Below are positions 20,441 through 29,403 of a stretch of DNA of 64,000 nucleotides, piece by piece. Position 1 is the first letter of the stretch. Each line of letters starts with the position of its first letter. Location of the stretch: contig OZ255726.1 in NCBI GenBank assembly GCA_965277405.1, forward strand, positions 32,001 to 96,000, read 5' to 3'. Under the pieces are notes generated by a model that saw nothing but the letters and a program-made list of their open reading frames with translations, ran no database searches and was not told where the DNA came from. The stretch comes from Gammaproteobacteria bacterium (GTDB taxonomy: Bacteria > Pseudomonadota > Gammaproteobacteria > G965277405). The translations under genes were made by a program, and so were the position numbers.

Positions 20441-21646
20441 TTAGCGGACACAGCCAGCATCGGCTGCTGAAAGGAAGTATTTTCCTTTGGAGACAACGTC
20501 AGCGAAATCATTCTCGTCTGTCATATCGGCTTTGCCTTTGCCTAGCAGAAGATAGAAGTTCTTTTCGACTTGGTTGTTCTCACCGTTGATAACCTCATCT
20601 CCGGTCACGCCATCATATTTCAGGTCTGCAAGATGAGCTTTGATCTTTTCGGGGTCTGACCCACCAGTTGCATTAACTGCATCGATCATAAGTTTTGTCA
20701 TTTGGTAGTAAGAGGCCATTGGATAGTTTGGTGCCTCACCGAGCACCTTCTCGGACAGCTCAACAAGCTCCTTGTTGCCTATGGCTTCTTCTTCGTGCCA
20801 GTATTGGGAACCAAAATAGATACCTTCTGACACTTCACTGCCCAGACCCTTCATTGTGTCGAGTCCACTGCTCCAAACATTCAAGATCTTCATGCGATCT
20901 TTCAGCCCGAAATTAATCGCTTGCTGGATAGATGCAGATGCTTGTGACCCGAAGTTCAAAAGCAATAGCAGATCCGGTTTTGCAGCCTGAGCTTGAGCAA
21001 TAATGCTGGAGAACTCTTTGTCTTTCAGGGAGTGGTAGCTGTTGCCAACAAACTCGATGCCGCGCTCTTCCAACACTGCTTTGGCATTGGTGAGCATGGC
21101 TTCACCGAACACATACTGAGGCGTGACGGTGTAGACTTTTTTAATGTTTGGATTTGCATCCAAAACAGGGCGAAGGCTTGCATTCACAGCACCATAAGTT
21201 GGCGCGCTCCAGCGATACATGGAAGCATTACATTTGGTTCCGGTAATCTCGTCTGCACCACTACCATTGATGTAGACGCCGCCTGCATCATGCACGGCTT
21301 GTCCAACAGCTAGAGCCGTTGAAGACAAGGTTGACCCAACGAAAATGCTTGGCCCGTTTTCGCTCAATATCGCCTGCACTTTGCGTGCGGCTTTACCGGC
21401 GTTACTTTCGGTATCCACAGTTACAAATTTTAGCTTCATGCCAGCTGCTTCACCTGCACTTTCAATTGCAAGACGCACGCCCTTTTCGGCTTGTTTCCCG
21501 TAGTTGGCAAAAGCACCAGAGATACTGGCGACATTGTAAATGGTAAGTTCTTTGTCTTCTGCGCATGCCGCTGATGTTGACACTGCCATAGCCGCGACAC
21601 AGCTTGTTGCAACACAGCTTGTAAGTAGTAGTTTTTTGATTTTCAT
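20441..21646 (-). CDS. Liv-type ABC substrate-binding protein
   Basis: Signal peptide; Leu/Ile/Val/amide-binding-fold motifs (SISGAFANYG, DTES, YVFGE). Confidence 0.88.
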   Translation of the reverse strand: MKIKKLLLTSCVATSCVAAMAVSTSAACAEDKELTIYNVASISGAFANYGKQAEKGVRLAIESAGEAAGMKLKFVTVDTESNAGKAARKVQAILSENGPSIFVGSTLSSTALAVGQAVHDAGGVYINGSGADEITGTKCNASMYRWSAPTYGAVNASLRPVLDANPNIKKVYTVTPQYVFGEAMLTNAKAVLEERGIEFVGNSYHSLKDKEFSSIIAQAQAAKPDLLLLLNFGSQASASIQQAINFGLKDRMKILNVWSSGLDTMKGLGSEVSEGIYFGSQYWHEEEAIGNKELVELSEKVLGEAPNYPMASYYQMTKLMIDAVNATGGSDPEKIKAHLADLKYDGVTGDEVINGENNQVEKNFYLLLGKGKADMTDENDFADVVSKGKYFLSAADAGCVR

Positions 21647-21676
21647 CTCAGATTCCTCTCCTAGTTTGAATGCTTA

Positions 21677-21716
21677 GAGCCCGATTTAAAAGTTAATTCG
21701 AGGTAACAGTAGGTTG
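21677..21716 (-). mobile_element. 3' end of an IS1031-like element (IR plus transposase C-terminus), split by later MITE+IS insertion; continues at 23241-23258
   Basis: GAGCCCGATTTAAAAGT mirrors the 15818-15834 end; the rejoined sequence reads LLVRRLATYCY on the minus strand. Confidence 0.6.
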
Positions 21717-21720
21717 CTAA

Positions 21721-22004
21721 GGAAGCTCTGATTAAGTCCATGATGGGCGAGACGGAGAAAAAACGCTGATGATAACTAGACGCAGTGCGCAGATAATACT
21801 GGTGGTATTATTAAGTGCTGCAACGACGTTAGCGCAGCGTTTTTTCCCGTCCTTCTGTTGAATATACAACGGTTTGATGGTAGCGGTACTTGCTGTGTTG
21901 CATCCCTTGGCGTATATGCTACAGCATGCGCCTGCGGAATGCGCCTTGCAATCATCAGCAATTGCCATCAAACTCGCTCCATCAGCGACTTAATCAGAGG
22001 TTCC
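21721..22004. mobile_element. MITE copy C (284 bp)
   Basis: Terminal IRs; CTAA on both sides. Confidence 0.92.
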
Positions 22005-22008
22005 CTAA

Positions 22009-23236
22009 GGAATCTCTGATTAAGTCCCAAACAACAGCAATATCAGCTACAAAGATATACAATGGTGAATCTATTTGAATATTTGAATAAGCGGATAATC
22101 TTATGAAACAAACAACTTTTGCCAGTGCTGCATACGACCACAAGAAAGTAACAACAAAACGTGAAAAATTCTTGCAGTTAATGGACAAATTAGCTCCATG
22201 GCAACAGTTGTTAGAGTTAATAGAACCGCATTATCCCAAGAAAGGGAATGGCCGCCCACCGATTAATATGCAGACCATGTTACGCATTTATTTTTTACAG
22301 CAATGGTACAACTTATCAGACCCAGGGGTAGAAGAAGCACTATATGACATGGAAAGCATGCGGCGTTTTGCCCATATAGAGCTGATAGACGATGCCATCC
22401 CTGATGAAACCACCATCTTGAACTTCCGCAGGATCATAGAAAAACATCAACTCAGCGTCAAGATACTTGCTGTCGTGAATGAGTATTGTATGGAAAATAA
22501 TATAATAATCTCACAAGGGACAATGGTTGATGCCACGACCATCAATGCGCCATCATCTACGAAGAATAAAGAGAAAAAACGGGATCCTGAAATGCATCAA
22601 ACCCGCAAAGGCAATCAGTGGTATTTTGGCATGAAGATTCATATAGGAACTGACGCTAATAGTAATATGATTCATAGCGCGACAGTTACAGCCGCGAATG
22701 AAGCTGACATCAATGAACTCCCCAAATTGCTGCGTGAAACAGATAAGGTTATCTTTGCCGATGCAGGATATACGAGCGACAGTTATAAACGCGGCTCGCG
22801 TCACCTTGGGATAGATTGGCGCGTGAATGATAAACGTAAACCAAAGCAGCAAATGAGCACCTCGCAGCGCAAACGCAATAGACAGAACTCTAAGGTGCGC
22901 GCCCGGATTGAGCACTGTTTTCGGGTAATCAAATGTCAGTTTGGTTATAAGAAAGCTCGCTACAAAGGACTAGAAAAGAATCGAGTACAAGTATTTTCTT
23001 TGCTTGCATTGACGAACTTATACATGCTGCGAGGACGACTAACAGGATAGAACCGCCCAAAATTCAAGAAAAACAGTAAAAAACAATAAAAACAGTAAAA
23101 AACAGTAAAAAACAGTAAAACAGCAACACGAAGATCAGCGAAATGATCAAATATTGACCATTGAAAATTATTGCTATTATTTTTTTGGAGTATATGCGAG
23201 TTATTGGAGTATATGAGCGTCTTAATCAGAGCTTCC
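22009..23236 (+). mobile_element. IS5-family insertion sequence, copy 1 (1228 bp, intact)
   Basis: GGAATCTCTGATTAAG...CTTAATCAGAGCTTCC, CTAA duplication. Confidence 0.95.
22103..23050 (+). CDS. IS5-family DDE transposase
   Basis: MLRIYFLQQWYNLSD, PDETTILNFR, VDAT, KGNQWYFGMKIHIG, ADAGY, RARIEH. Confidence 0.96.
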   Translation: MKQTTFASAAYDHKKVTTKREKFLQLMDKLAPWQQLLELIEPHYPKKGNGRPPINMQTMLRIYFLQQWYNLSDPGVEEALYDMESMRRFAHIELIDDAIPDETTILNFRRIIEKHQLSVKILAVVNEYCMENNIIISQGTMVDATTINAPSSTKNKEKKRDPEMHQTRKGNQWYFGMKIHIGTDANSNMIHSATVTAANEADINELPKLLRETDKVIFADAGYTSDSYKRGSRHLGIDWRVNDKRKPKQQMSTSQRKRNRQNSKVRARIEHCFRVIKCQFGYKKARYKGLEKNRVQVFSLLALTNLYMLRGRLTG

Positions 23237-23498
23237 CTAAGCGTCTGACCAATAGCCCTTTGGCAAATAACGTAACCTCCTCCCCTCTTCATTCTGCCAC
23301 CACTTTTGATTTTTACGAGTGTTTTGCTCGAAAGATCTGCAAGGCCCAGCTCTTCGAGTGGAGCATTTTTTCTTGGGACCATGCCGCAACAAAAAACACA
23401 CCGACTGATTGTTGCAGTAAGGCGTTCAAGACAAAGCTTGTCGGGTTAATTCCGCTAGCGTGTCCTAGTCACCCTAATCTAAAATTCGCCACATAAAT

Positions 23499-24700
23499 AA
23501 GACCATTGCATTAACATATGTTAATAAGACCATTGCATTAACATATGTTTTAATAGAAAATATCTATATTCCTCATCACTCAAAAATCAGCGTATGCGGG
23601 AATATCAACAGGTCAAAATATTAGTTTTAGTGATGCTTTGGGAGGAAATTCCCGCTAGTGAACTCGATTGTTTGGAAAGGCTCATAGATTGGAAAGATCT
23701 TCGCCAACACCTGCGCATTGTGGCTGGAGACTATGACAATATCAGTATGGTTAAAATACTGTTATTAGCAACATGGTACACCTTAGCGGATGAAGCAGTG
23801 AGCCATGCAGTTGCTCGCGGTTTAGTTTGCATGAAGTTTGGTAATTTTAACCTTGAAGCCAGCTGACGCAGCAACCGTGTGTCCGCTTGCGGAAAAAAGT
23901 AGTAGCACATAATCTTTTCAAAGCCCTCCTTGCTAGCAGCATTGCATTGAACGTTAAGGGTTAAAACTTAGCAATGGCAAATATGTATCGGCGGATTACG
24001 TTGATACAAGGTGCACGTCGTCGACGGCAGATGCTATCGAGTACGCATTAGCACATACAACATATGCAACAGGAGAAGTTGCATATGCCGATGCTGTTGC
24101 TGCAACATCAATGAGCAAAGGTGATAAGTTGCTGTATGGATATACCTCTACTGTTGTAACAGATTAACATGGGCTTATCTGTTGCTACGCATGCGGCTAA
24201 TACCAGCGAGATGGGCAGGTTTGCAGATGATATAGCAGCTCTCCTATCAAAGCTGGATAAACGCTTATGTATGGATATGGGAGTTGCCAGCAAGGCAAAT
24301 CTAGGTAATAAGCAAATTGATGATGGAAATATGCGGAAAATCCACGCGGTTAAAGAAATGCCACACTGGCAAAAGGCTGGTAACCAGTTGATATCATCAA
24401 ATTTGTAGTCAAGAGAACTTTCGCCACAATGAAAAGCGTGTATGGGCTTTACTGCGCACGATATCTTAGCAGAGCCAAAGTCGATGCAGCCGTTGCAGGC
24501 GAAGGCATATACCTTGAAACGGGCTAGCAATTATAGCAACAACAGCAGGGAGTATTGCTCTTAAATGTTGAGAAATAAGAGAAAAAAAGCCCTGATATAC
24601 GCGCTATTTTCGGCGCATTCGGTGTTTTTTCAGTAAAAATCGCCAATTTGCAATTTTTTACTCTTCAAAGCAAAAGGTTAGGAGCTATTGCAGTGGTCTT
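23499..24700 (+). mobile_element. Second IS5-family element (IS1106-like), heavily degraded
   Basis: IRs AAGACCATTGCA (tandemly duplicated at 23499 and 23526) and TGCAGTGGTCTT; fragments IDWKDL, SMVKILLLATWYTLAD, VVKRTFATMK...ARY. Confidence 0.75.
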
Positions 24701-25016
24701 AACTATTGTCTCGCCATATTTTGGCGGGGTGTTGCCAGCATAGCCGCTGCGGTGAGCAATTGTGCGATATAAGCCAATTCCAGGTACAACGGTTGTTTTG
24801 TTGGCATATTTTATTAAATGCACTGGCGATAAAAATATATCTATTTTTTTAGCGGCGCAATATGCCAATACCAAGCTGATTTCATCATCAGTTGCGTCTG
24901 TAAATTTTATTTTACGCAAGGTGTCAGCTTGCAACGCACTGAGTTGCTTGATATTGCTGACAAAATGCGGCTGTGATAATGTTGAAAACTTATTGAGCTG
25001 ACTGTGATTGATCCAT
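24701..25016 (-). pseudogene. Phage ssDNA-annealing protein (Bet/RecT-like), truncated by the IS
   Basis: ATDDEISLVLAYC...VHLIKY...GIGLYRTIAHRSGYAG; frameshift near the start; cut at the IS end. Confidence 0.7.
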
Positions 25017-25053
25017 GCTGTTACTAATCCTTTAAAAAACTTAACAGCAATAC

Positions 25054-25097
25054 TAAACGAACTTACATAATAGTCAACAATAATTTAAGTAAACTTA
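25054..25097. promoter_or_regulatory. Putative leftward operators of the phage repressor
   Basis: Imperfect palindromes TAAACGAACTTA and TAAGTAAACTTA, similar to sites between cI and cro. Confidence 0.5.
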
Positions 25098-25142
25098 TAA
25101 AAAATGCAGTAAATGAATATCTGGACTATGAATTGCTAACAA

Positions 25143-25832
25143 TTAGCGCAGAACCGAATACCAAAATATACGACCAATGATGCGTATTTCACCCAGGGTA
25201 TCGCGCGCGTAAGATTCATCTGGATATTCTTCCAGATTATAGCTGCGTAAGCGAATGCCGCCAGTTGGATGTTGGTATATGATTTTTACGCGCAATACAC
25301 CGTCATGGTTAATAGCGTATATTTCACCATCTTTGATAGCCGTACTCCCTGAGTCAACACCTATCGTTGTGCCATTGGGCAAAATCGGTGACATGCTATT
25401 ACCGCTAATTGTGATGCAGGAGGCGTTTTCGACTAATATATTGCGTTTTTTTAATGTCGATTTGGAAAAATGCAGCCATTTACCTGCGTGTTGTCCATCG
25501 AACTGTCTTCCATTGCCAGCTGAGTGTTCTATTTCACTATAAAATGGTATTTCGACTTCGTCTTTGTGCAAGACGGTTGTGTGATCCCGCGTCACAAATC
25601 CACCCTCAAAAACAGCGTCTGGTTGCTTTTGTGGATTTCTGCCAGTCTGCAACCATTCAGGGGTGCAGCGCAAAATCTGTGCAAGCTGCACAAGTCTATC
25701 GCCTTTGGGTTTAGTAATGCCATTCTTCCATTGGCTGACGCCCGCGCTCGTTACGCCCGTGAACTTCATAATATCAACGACTCTTAAATTGAGGTCGCTC
25801 ATCCGTTGTTGTAATCTTTCGTAAAATTCCAT
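25143..25832 (-). CDS. Lambdoid CI-like repressor (XRE HTH plus S24 peptidase)
   Basis: VTSAGVSQWKNG...LAQILRCTPEWL; catalytic GNSM Ser and RVK Lys; divergent from cro. Confidence 0.92.
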   Translation of the reverse strand: MEFYERLQQRMSDLNLRVVDIMKFTGVTSAGVSQWKNGITKPKGDRLVQLAQILRCTPEWLQTGRNPQKQPDAVFEGGFVTRDHTTVLHKDEVEIPFYSEIEHSAGNGRQFDGQHAGKWLHFSKSTLKKRNILVENASCITISGNSMSPILPNGTTIGVDSGSTAIKDGEIYAINHDGVLRVKIIYQHPTGGIRLRSYNLEEYPDESYARDTLGEIRIIGRIFWYSVLR

Positions 25833-25856
25833 TTTTTCAATTCTATGTTTGACATA

Positions 25857-25903
25857 TATAGTATACTTAGTTTAAACTTGCATCCTTGCTTAAGGTGACT
25901 TGA
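25857..25903. promoter_or_regulatory. Putative rightward operator/promoter region between cI and cro
   Basis: ATAGTATACTTA and TAAGGTGACTTG fit TAAG-N4-CTTA. Confidence 0.5.
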
Positions 25904-25905
25904 TT

Positions 25906-26105
25906 ATGCAAAAAAAAACAGTAATCGCATATTTTGGCAGCATTGGGGCTGTGGCAGCAGAGTTGTTGTTACTAGCAATGCAATTTCACAGTGGTGTGAC
26001 ATTATTCCAGAAAAGCAGGCTTTGATTTTATGCCGAAAAACCAATGGAGCGTTGCAGTACGACCCTGACTTTTACCCCAAGGTCAAAAATGGGCTATGCG
26101 TTTAA
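25906..26105 (+). pseudogene. Cro (P22 Cro/DicC-like), 1-nt frameshift near 25967
   Basis: MQKKTVIAYFGSIGAVAAEL / VTSNAISQWCDIIPEKQALILCRKTNGALQYDPDFY in two frames; absent from the ORF track. Confidence 0.8.
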
Positions 26106-26434
26106 GGAAGTTACTGCGCTCCAACAGCTGAGAAAGTCGTTGCAGCGCATGAATAATTTATATCTCCGCCCAACGACTTCCGTTCATTTACCAGTCCAGT
26201 GTTGTTTTTACCGCTTGCAATTCTTGCAAATACATCATTTCAAGCGTGGTATAGCTGCACATAGCCATAAATCCGTTGCAGTAATTATCCAATACTTGCT
26301 GCCAAATTTCAGCATCAAGTTTTCTAGCAATCAAATTTTGAAAACTATTCATTTGCTCTCGTTCCATTATTCGCAGCATTGTAAGGCTGTTCAAACCAAT
26401 CATACCCGCGCCAATCTAACCCAAGGTGACGCGA

Positions 26435-26599
26435 GCAGGGAGTATTGCGCCATAAATTGAGGTAAATAGTCCAAAAAAACCTGATAAATGGGCATATATG
26501 CGCTATTTTCGGCGCATTCGGTGTTTTTGCAGTAAAAATCCCCAATTTGCAATTTTCTACTCTTCAAAGCAAAAAATGATGGGGTATTGCAGTGGTCTT
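26435..26599 (+). mobile_element. Isolated right end of the IS1106-like element
   Basis: Closely similar to 24545-24700; ends TATTGCAGTGGTCTT. Confidence 0.8.
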
Positions 26600-26797
26600 A
26601 TACTGTAAAGAAAACGGCTAAACACTTGCTCACAAAGCTTGGTTTGAGCTTAGAAATTTTATAAACGCCAAGAAACAAGGAGTTGAACGTTTTAATATGA
26701 TACTCGAACGTAAAAATGTCCTCGGGCAAGAGCAGTGGCATGGAGTGTTTGAATACGGCAGCAAGTACCTGAAAGTTATATGGACACTGGATAAGGA

Positions 26798-27751
26798 TTA
26801 ATCCTGATCCGCGCCCATGTTCCAATCAGACTGGCGTATTTCACCTGTTTGATAAAATTGGCGGATCAGCTTGATATATTCCAGAAAGTCCTTGTTTTCT
26901 TCGGTCAATCTGTTCGCCGTATTCCAATCTATCCCACTACGCTCTTTAGCTGGAATCATGATCTGACTTTCAGAGGGGTTCTCTGCATCAAGACGGATAA
27001 AGCCAATACCATGAAGACTGGCAAGCATACGAAGTTCTTTCAAGGTGTCCGCACCTTCAATCTCGCTGGCAACCAAATATCCAAAATTAGCCCACGAGGA
27101 GTTGCTCACCGCTTGGAAAAAAACCTCACGGATGTTGGAGCGGTTGATCAAGATCTTAACCTCAAACGACCACAGTTTGGTTTTCTTATCGGCAAATTGC
27201 TGAACGCAATCTCTGATTTCACGGTGCCAGTCACCGCTAAGGTCTTCCATGCCCACGAGATCAGGATACAACCATTTGTTGCCGCCAGCGCCACGAGAAT
27301 TACGAGAACCCTTTTCATTGATACGTTTGCTGTAGATTTCGAGTTCTGACCACAGGAATTCAGATAAGATCGGGTAAAGATCGTGCTCTTTCACAATACA
27401 GCTATTCACCTTCAAGACGGATGAAGCCTCATGGCTTTCGGCATCGTCAATTTCAGCGCTATCAGTGGACTCAGTGAAGTAATACTTCCGTGGACGACCT
27501 TCCGTGGTTTTAACCTCGGGATGGCGCTTCTGTAGGCGTGGGCGCTGGGAACCAATTTCAGCAACTATTTGCTGCAAGAGCGCCGTTTGATTATCCAATG
27601 GGTTAACTGTAGCGGTGGAACGCTTTTGCTTCTGGCGACATTCATCTGGATAGGTTTCGAATATCCAATTGGCGATTGCCCGGGCTGTAAATTTTTGCTC
27701 CGCGTTCTGCAGTAAAAATTCAACTACAGTATTCGCCAAGTTGAGCGCCAT
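26798..27751 (-). CDS. COG2958/HrgA-like protein: N-terminal HTH-like region plus PD-(D/E)XK nuclease-fold domain
   Basis: EHDLYPIL, WLYPDLVG, SFEVK, FFQAVSNSSWANFGYL; intact 317 aa. Confidence 0.75.
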   Translation of the reverse strand: MALNLANTVVEFLLQNAEQKFTARAIANWIFETYPDECRQKQKRSTATVNPLDNQTALLQQIVAEIGSQRPRLQKRHPEVKTTEGRPRKYYFTESTDSAEIDDAESHEASSVLKVNSCIVKEHDLYPILSEFLWSELEIYSKRINEKGSRNSRGAGGNKWLYPDLVGMEDLSGDWHREIRDCVQQFADKKTKLWSFEVKILINRSNIREVFFQAVSNSSWANFGYLVASEIEGADTLKELRMLASLHGIGFIRLDAENPSESQIMIPAKERSGIDWNTANRLTEENKDFLEYIKLIRQFYQTGEIRQSDWNMGADQD

Positions 27752-27825
27752 ACTTCAATCTCTCTAGTTTTCGTACTGGATCATAATATCAGCCACGATT
27801 GCAACCACAACCAAAGAGGAGAAAC

Positions 27826-27948
27826 ATCAGGAACATAACACAAAATGGAATTGACTGGGATTAAACGGTTCGAGTGCTTCTCTCGGATCGTTTATTTTTA
27901 CCCCGCTGGCTATCCGACTATCGGCTACGCTAATGTGATCAAAGATAA
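27826..27948 (+). pseudogene. Phage lysozyme (GH24) N-terminal remnant
   Basis: RNITQNGID / IKRFECFSRIVYFYPAGYPTIGY; ATC in place of ATG after GAGGAG; truncated by an IS end. Confidence 0.75.
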
Positions 27949-28008
27949 AAGACCATTGCAATAACATATATTTTCATTGAAAATATCTTTATTCCTCATT
28001 ACTCAGAA
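27949..28008 (+). mobile_element. Isolated left end of the IS1106-like element
   Basis: AAGACCATTGCAATAACATAT...TTCCTCATTACTCA matches 23526-23585. Confidence 0.75.
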
Positions 28009-28009
28009 A

Positions 28010-28210
28010 AATATCGCCGCTATAGTCGCTAATCTGCACGACCATATGGATTCATTGGCAAACGATGCAATATGCGACGATGTGTTCAGCTAATTACGCC
28101 AACTATTCGAAAAGGTTGTGGTCACCCCGAGCGGAGAACAACACTCCCGTTGATTTAGAACTCCACGGTAGGTTTGCTGCTTTGCTCTCGGTATCAGCGA
28201 CCAAAGTCCC
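28010..28210 (+). pseudogene. C-terminal remnant of a large serine recombinase
   Basis: LRQLFEKVVVTP...VDLELHGRFAALL resembles C-termini of tRNA-Met-associated serine integrases. Confidence 0.5.
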
Positions 28211-28380
28211 CTACGATTGTGGGGGTATAAATATTTTGGGGTTCAAATATACCCCCAAATGTACCCCAAATAATCATTTATCATAGGGTACAGCATATCA
28301 CGAGAATATACAAATAAGCTCGCAATCCCTTATAAAACCTACGTTTTTATACGCTTATAATACTACAGTATATACTAAAA

Positions 28381-28457
<77 letters not shown>

Positions 28458-28646
28458 CCAAGGATTGTGAATACTATTGAGCAATTAATCTTTTTCAATC
28501 TTATTTTGCGATGAATTTTAGTATTGTTGTATAAATTTATCTTACAACCGTTGTAATGGGATAATCTATGTGCAAGTCATAAGCATCTTTCGTGTTATGC
28601 TGGTGGCGTGTAGTAATTTTTTAAATCAACAAAATACAGGTTACTT

Positions 28647-28898
28647 ATGGTCAACATTACCATGTATGCATCGCAGACGTGTCCGTTTTGTCATCGTGCA
28701 GTCGCATTACTCGAAAGCAAGCACGTTCCATTTCAATATATTGACGTTGATCAAAATCCGCAACGCCGTGTTGAAATGTCACAAAAAGCAAATGCAACTT
28801 CTGTACCACAAATTTGGATTGATGACTATCATATCGGTGGTTGCGATAATTTATGCGCACTTGAACAACAAGGAAAATTAGATCCATTACTGGGATAA
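28647..28898 (+). CDS. grxC: Glutaredoxin 3
   Basis: CPFC, TSVPQI, IGGCD; upstream of secB. Confidence 0.93.
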   Translation: MVNITMYASQTCPFCHRAVALLESKHVPFQYIDVDQNPQRRVEMSQKANATSVPQIWIDDYHIGGCDNLCALEQQGKLDPLLG

Positions 28899-28901
28899 GC
28901 C

Positions 28902-29399
28902 ATGACCGAGCTACAACAATCTGAAGGGACAATTCACCTAGAACGTTTTTATCTGAAAGATGTTTCATTTGAAGCACCAAACTCACCTCAAATTCATGAC
29001 TTACAATGGTCACCAGAAATTAAAGTTGAGATTCAATGCAGAAATACCGTTATTAAAGACAACCGCCATGAAGTTGTTGTCCAGGTTACACTGACGACAA
29101 CAAACAAAGAAAAAACTGCATTTGTTGCGGAAATACAGCAAGCTGGTTTATTCGTTATTTCTGGTCTCAGCAAACCGCAAAATGACCAAGTGCTCGCTAC
29201 ATTCTGCCCCAACATGCTGTTTCCATATTTGCGTGAAGCTGTTGACAATTTAGTCATTAAAGGAGGATTTCCTCCTGTTGCCCTAGCCCCGATGAATTTT
29301 GATGCTATATACGCCCAAGCACAACGTCAGCAGCAACAAGAACAACAACGACAACAGCAGCAATTAGAAAAAAACAATAAGAATAGAATCACGCACTAA
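28902..29399 (+). CDS. secB: Protein-export chaperone SecB
   Basis: YLKDVSFEAPNSP, QQAGLF, CPNMLFPYLRE, GGFPP. Confidence 0.95.
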   Translation: MTELQQSEGTIHLERFYLKDVSFEAPNSPQIHDLQWSPEIKVEIQCRNTVIKDNRHEVVVQVTLTTTNKEKTAFVAEIQQAGLFVISGLSKPQNDQVLATFCPNMLFPYLREAVDNLVIKGGFPPVALAPMNFDAIYAQAQRQQQQEQQRQQQQLEKNNKNRITH

Positions 29400-29403
29400 A
29401 GCG

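Noticed and set aside
21732-22188. Recurrent small ORFs (MLMIARRIPQAHAV..., MERVCLQLL..., MSINCKNFSR...)
   Set aside because: They are translations of MITE or IS sequence; frames and lengths differ between copies
22553-22915. 120-aa antisense ORF inside the transposase
   Set aside because: Conserved only because the IS copies are near-identical; no independent evidence of expression
23495-23550. 27-bp direct repeat resembling a CRISPR repeat
   Set aside because: Two adjacent copies with no spacer and no cas genes; it is a duplicated IS end
26110-26430. Short ORFs after cro
   Set aside because: Probably phage debris, but no family recognised
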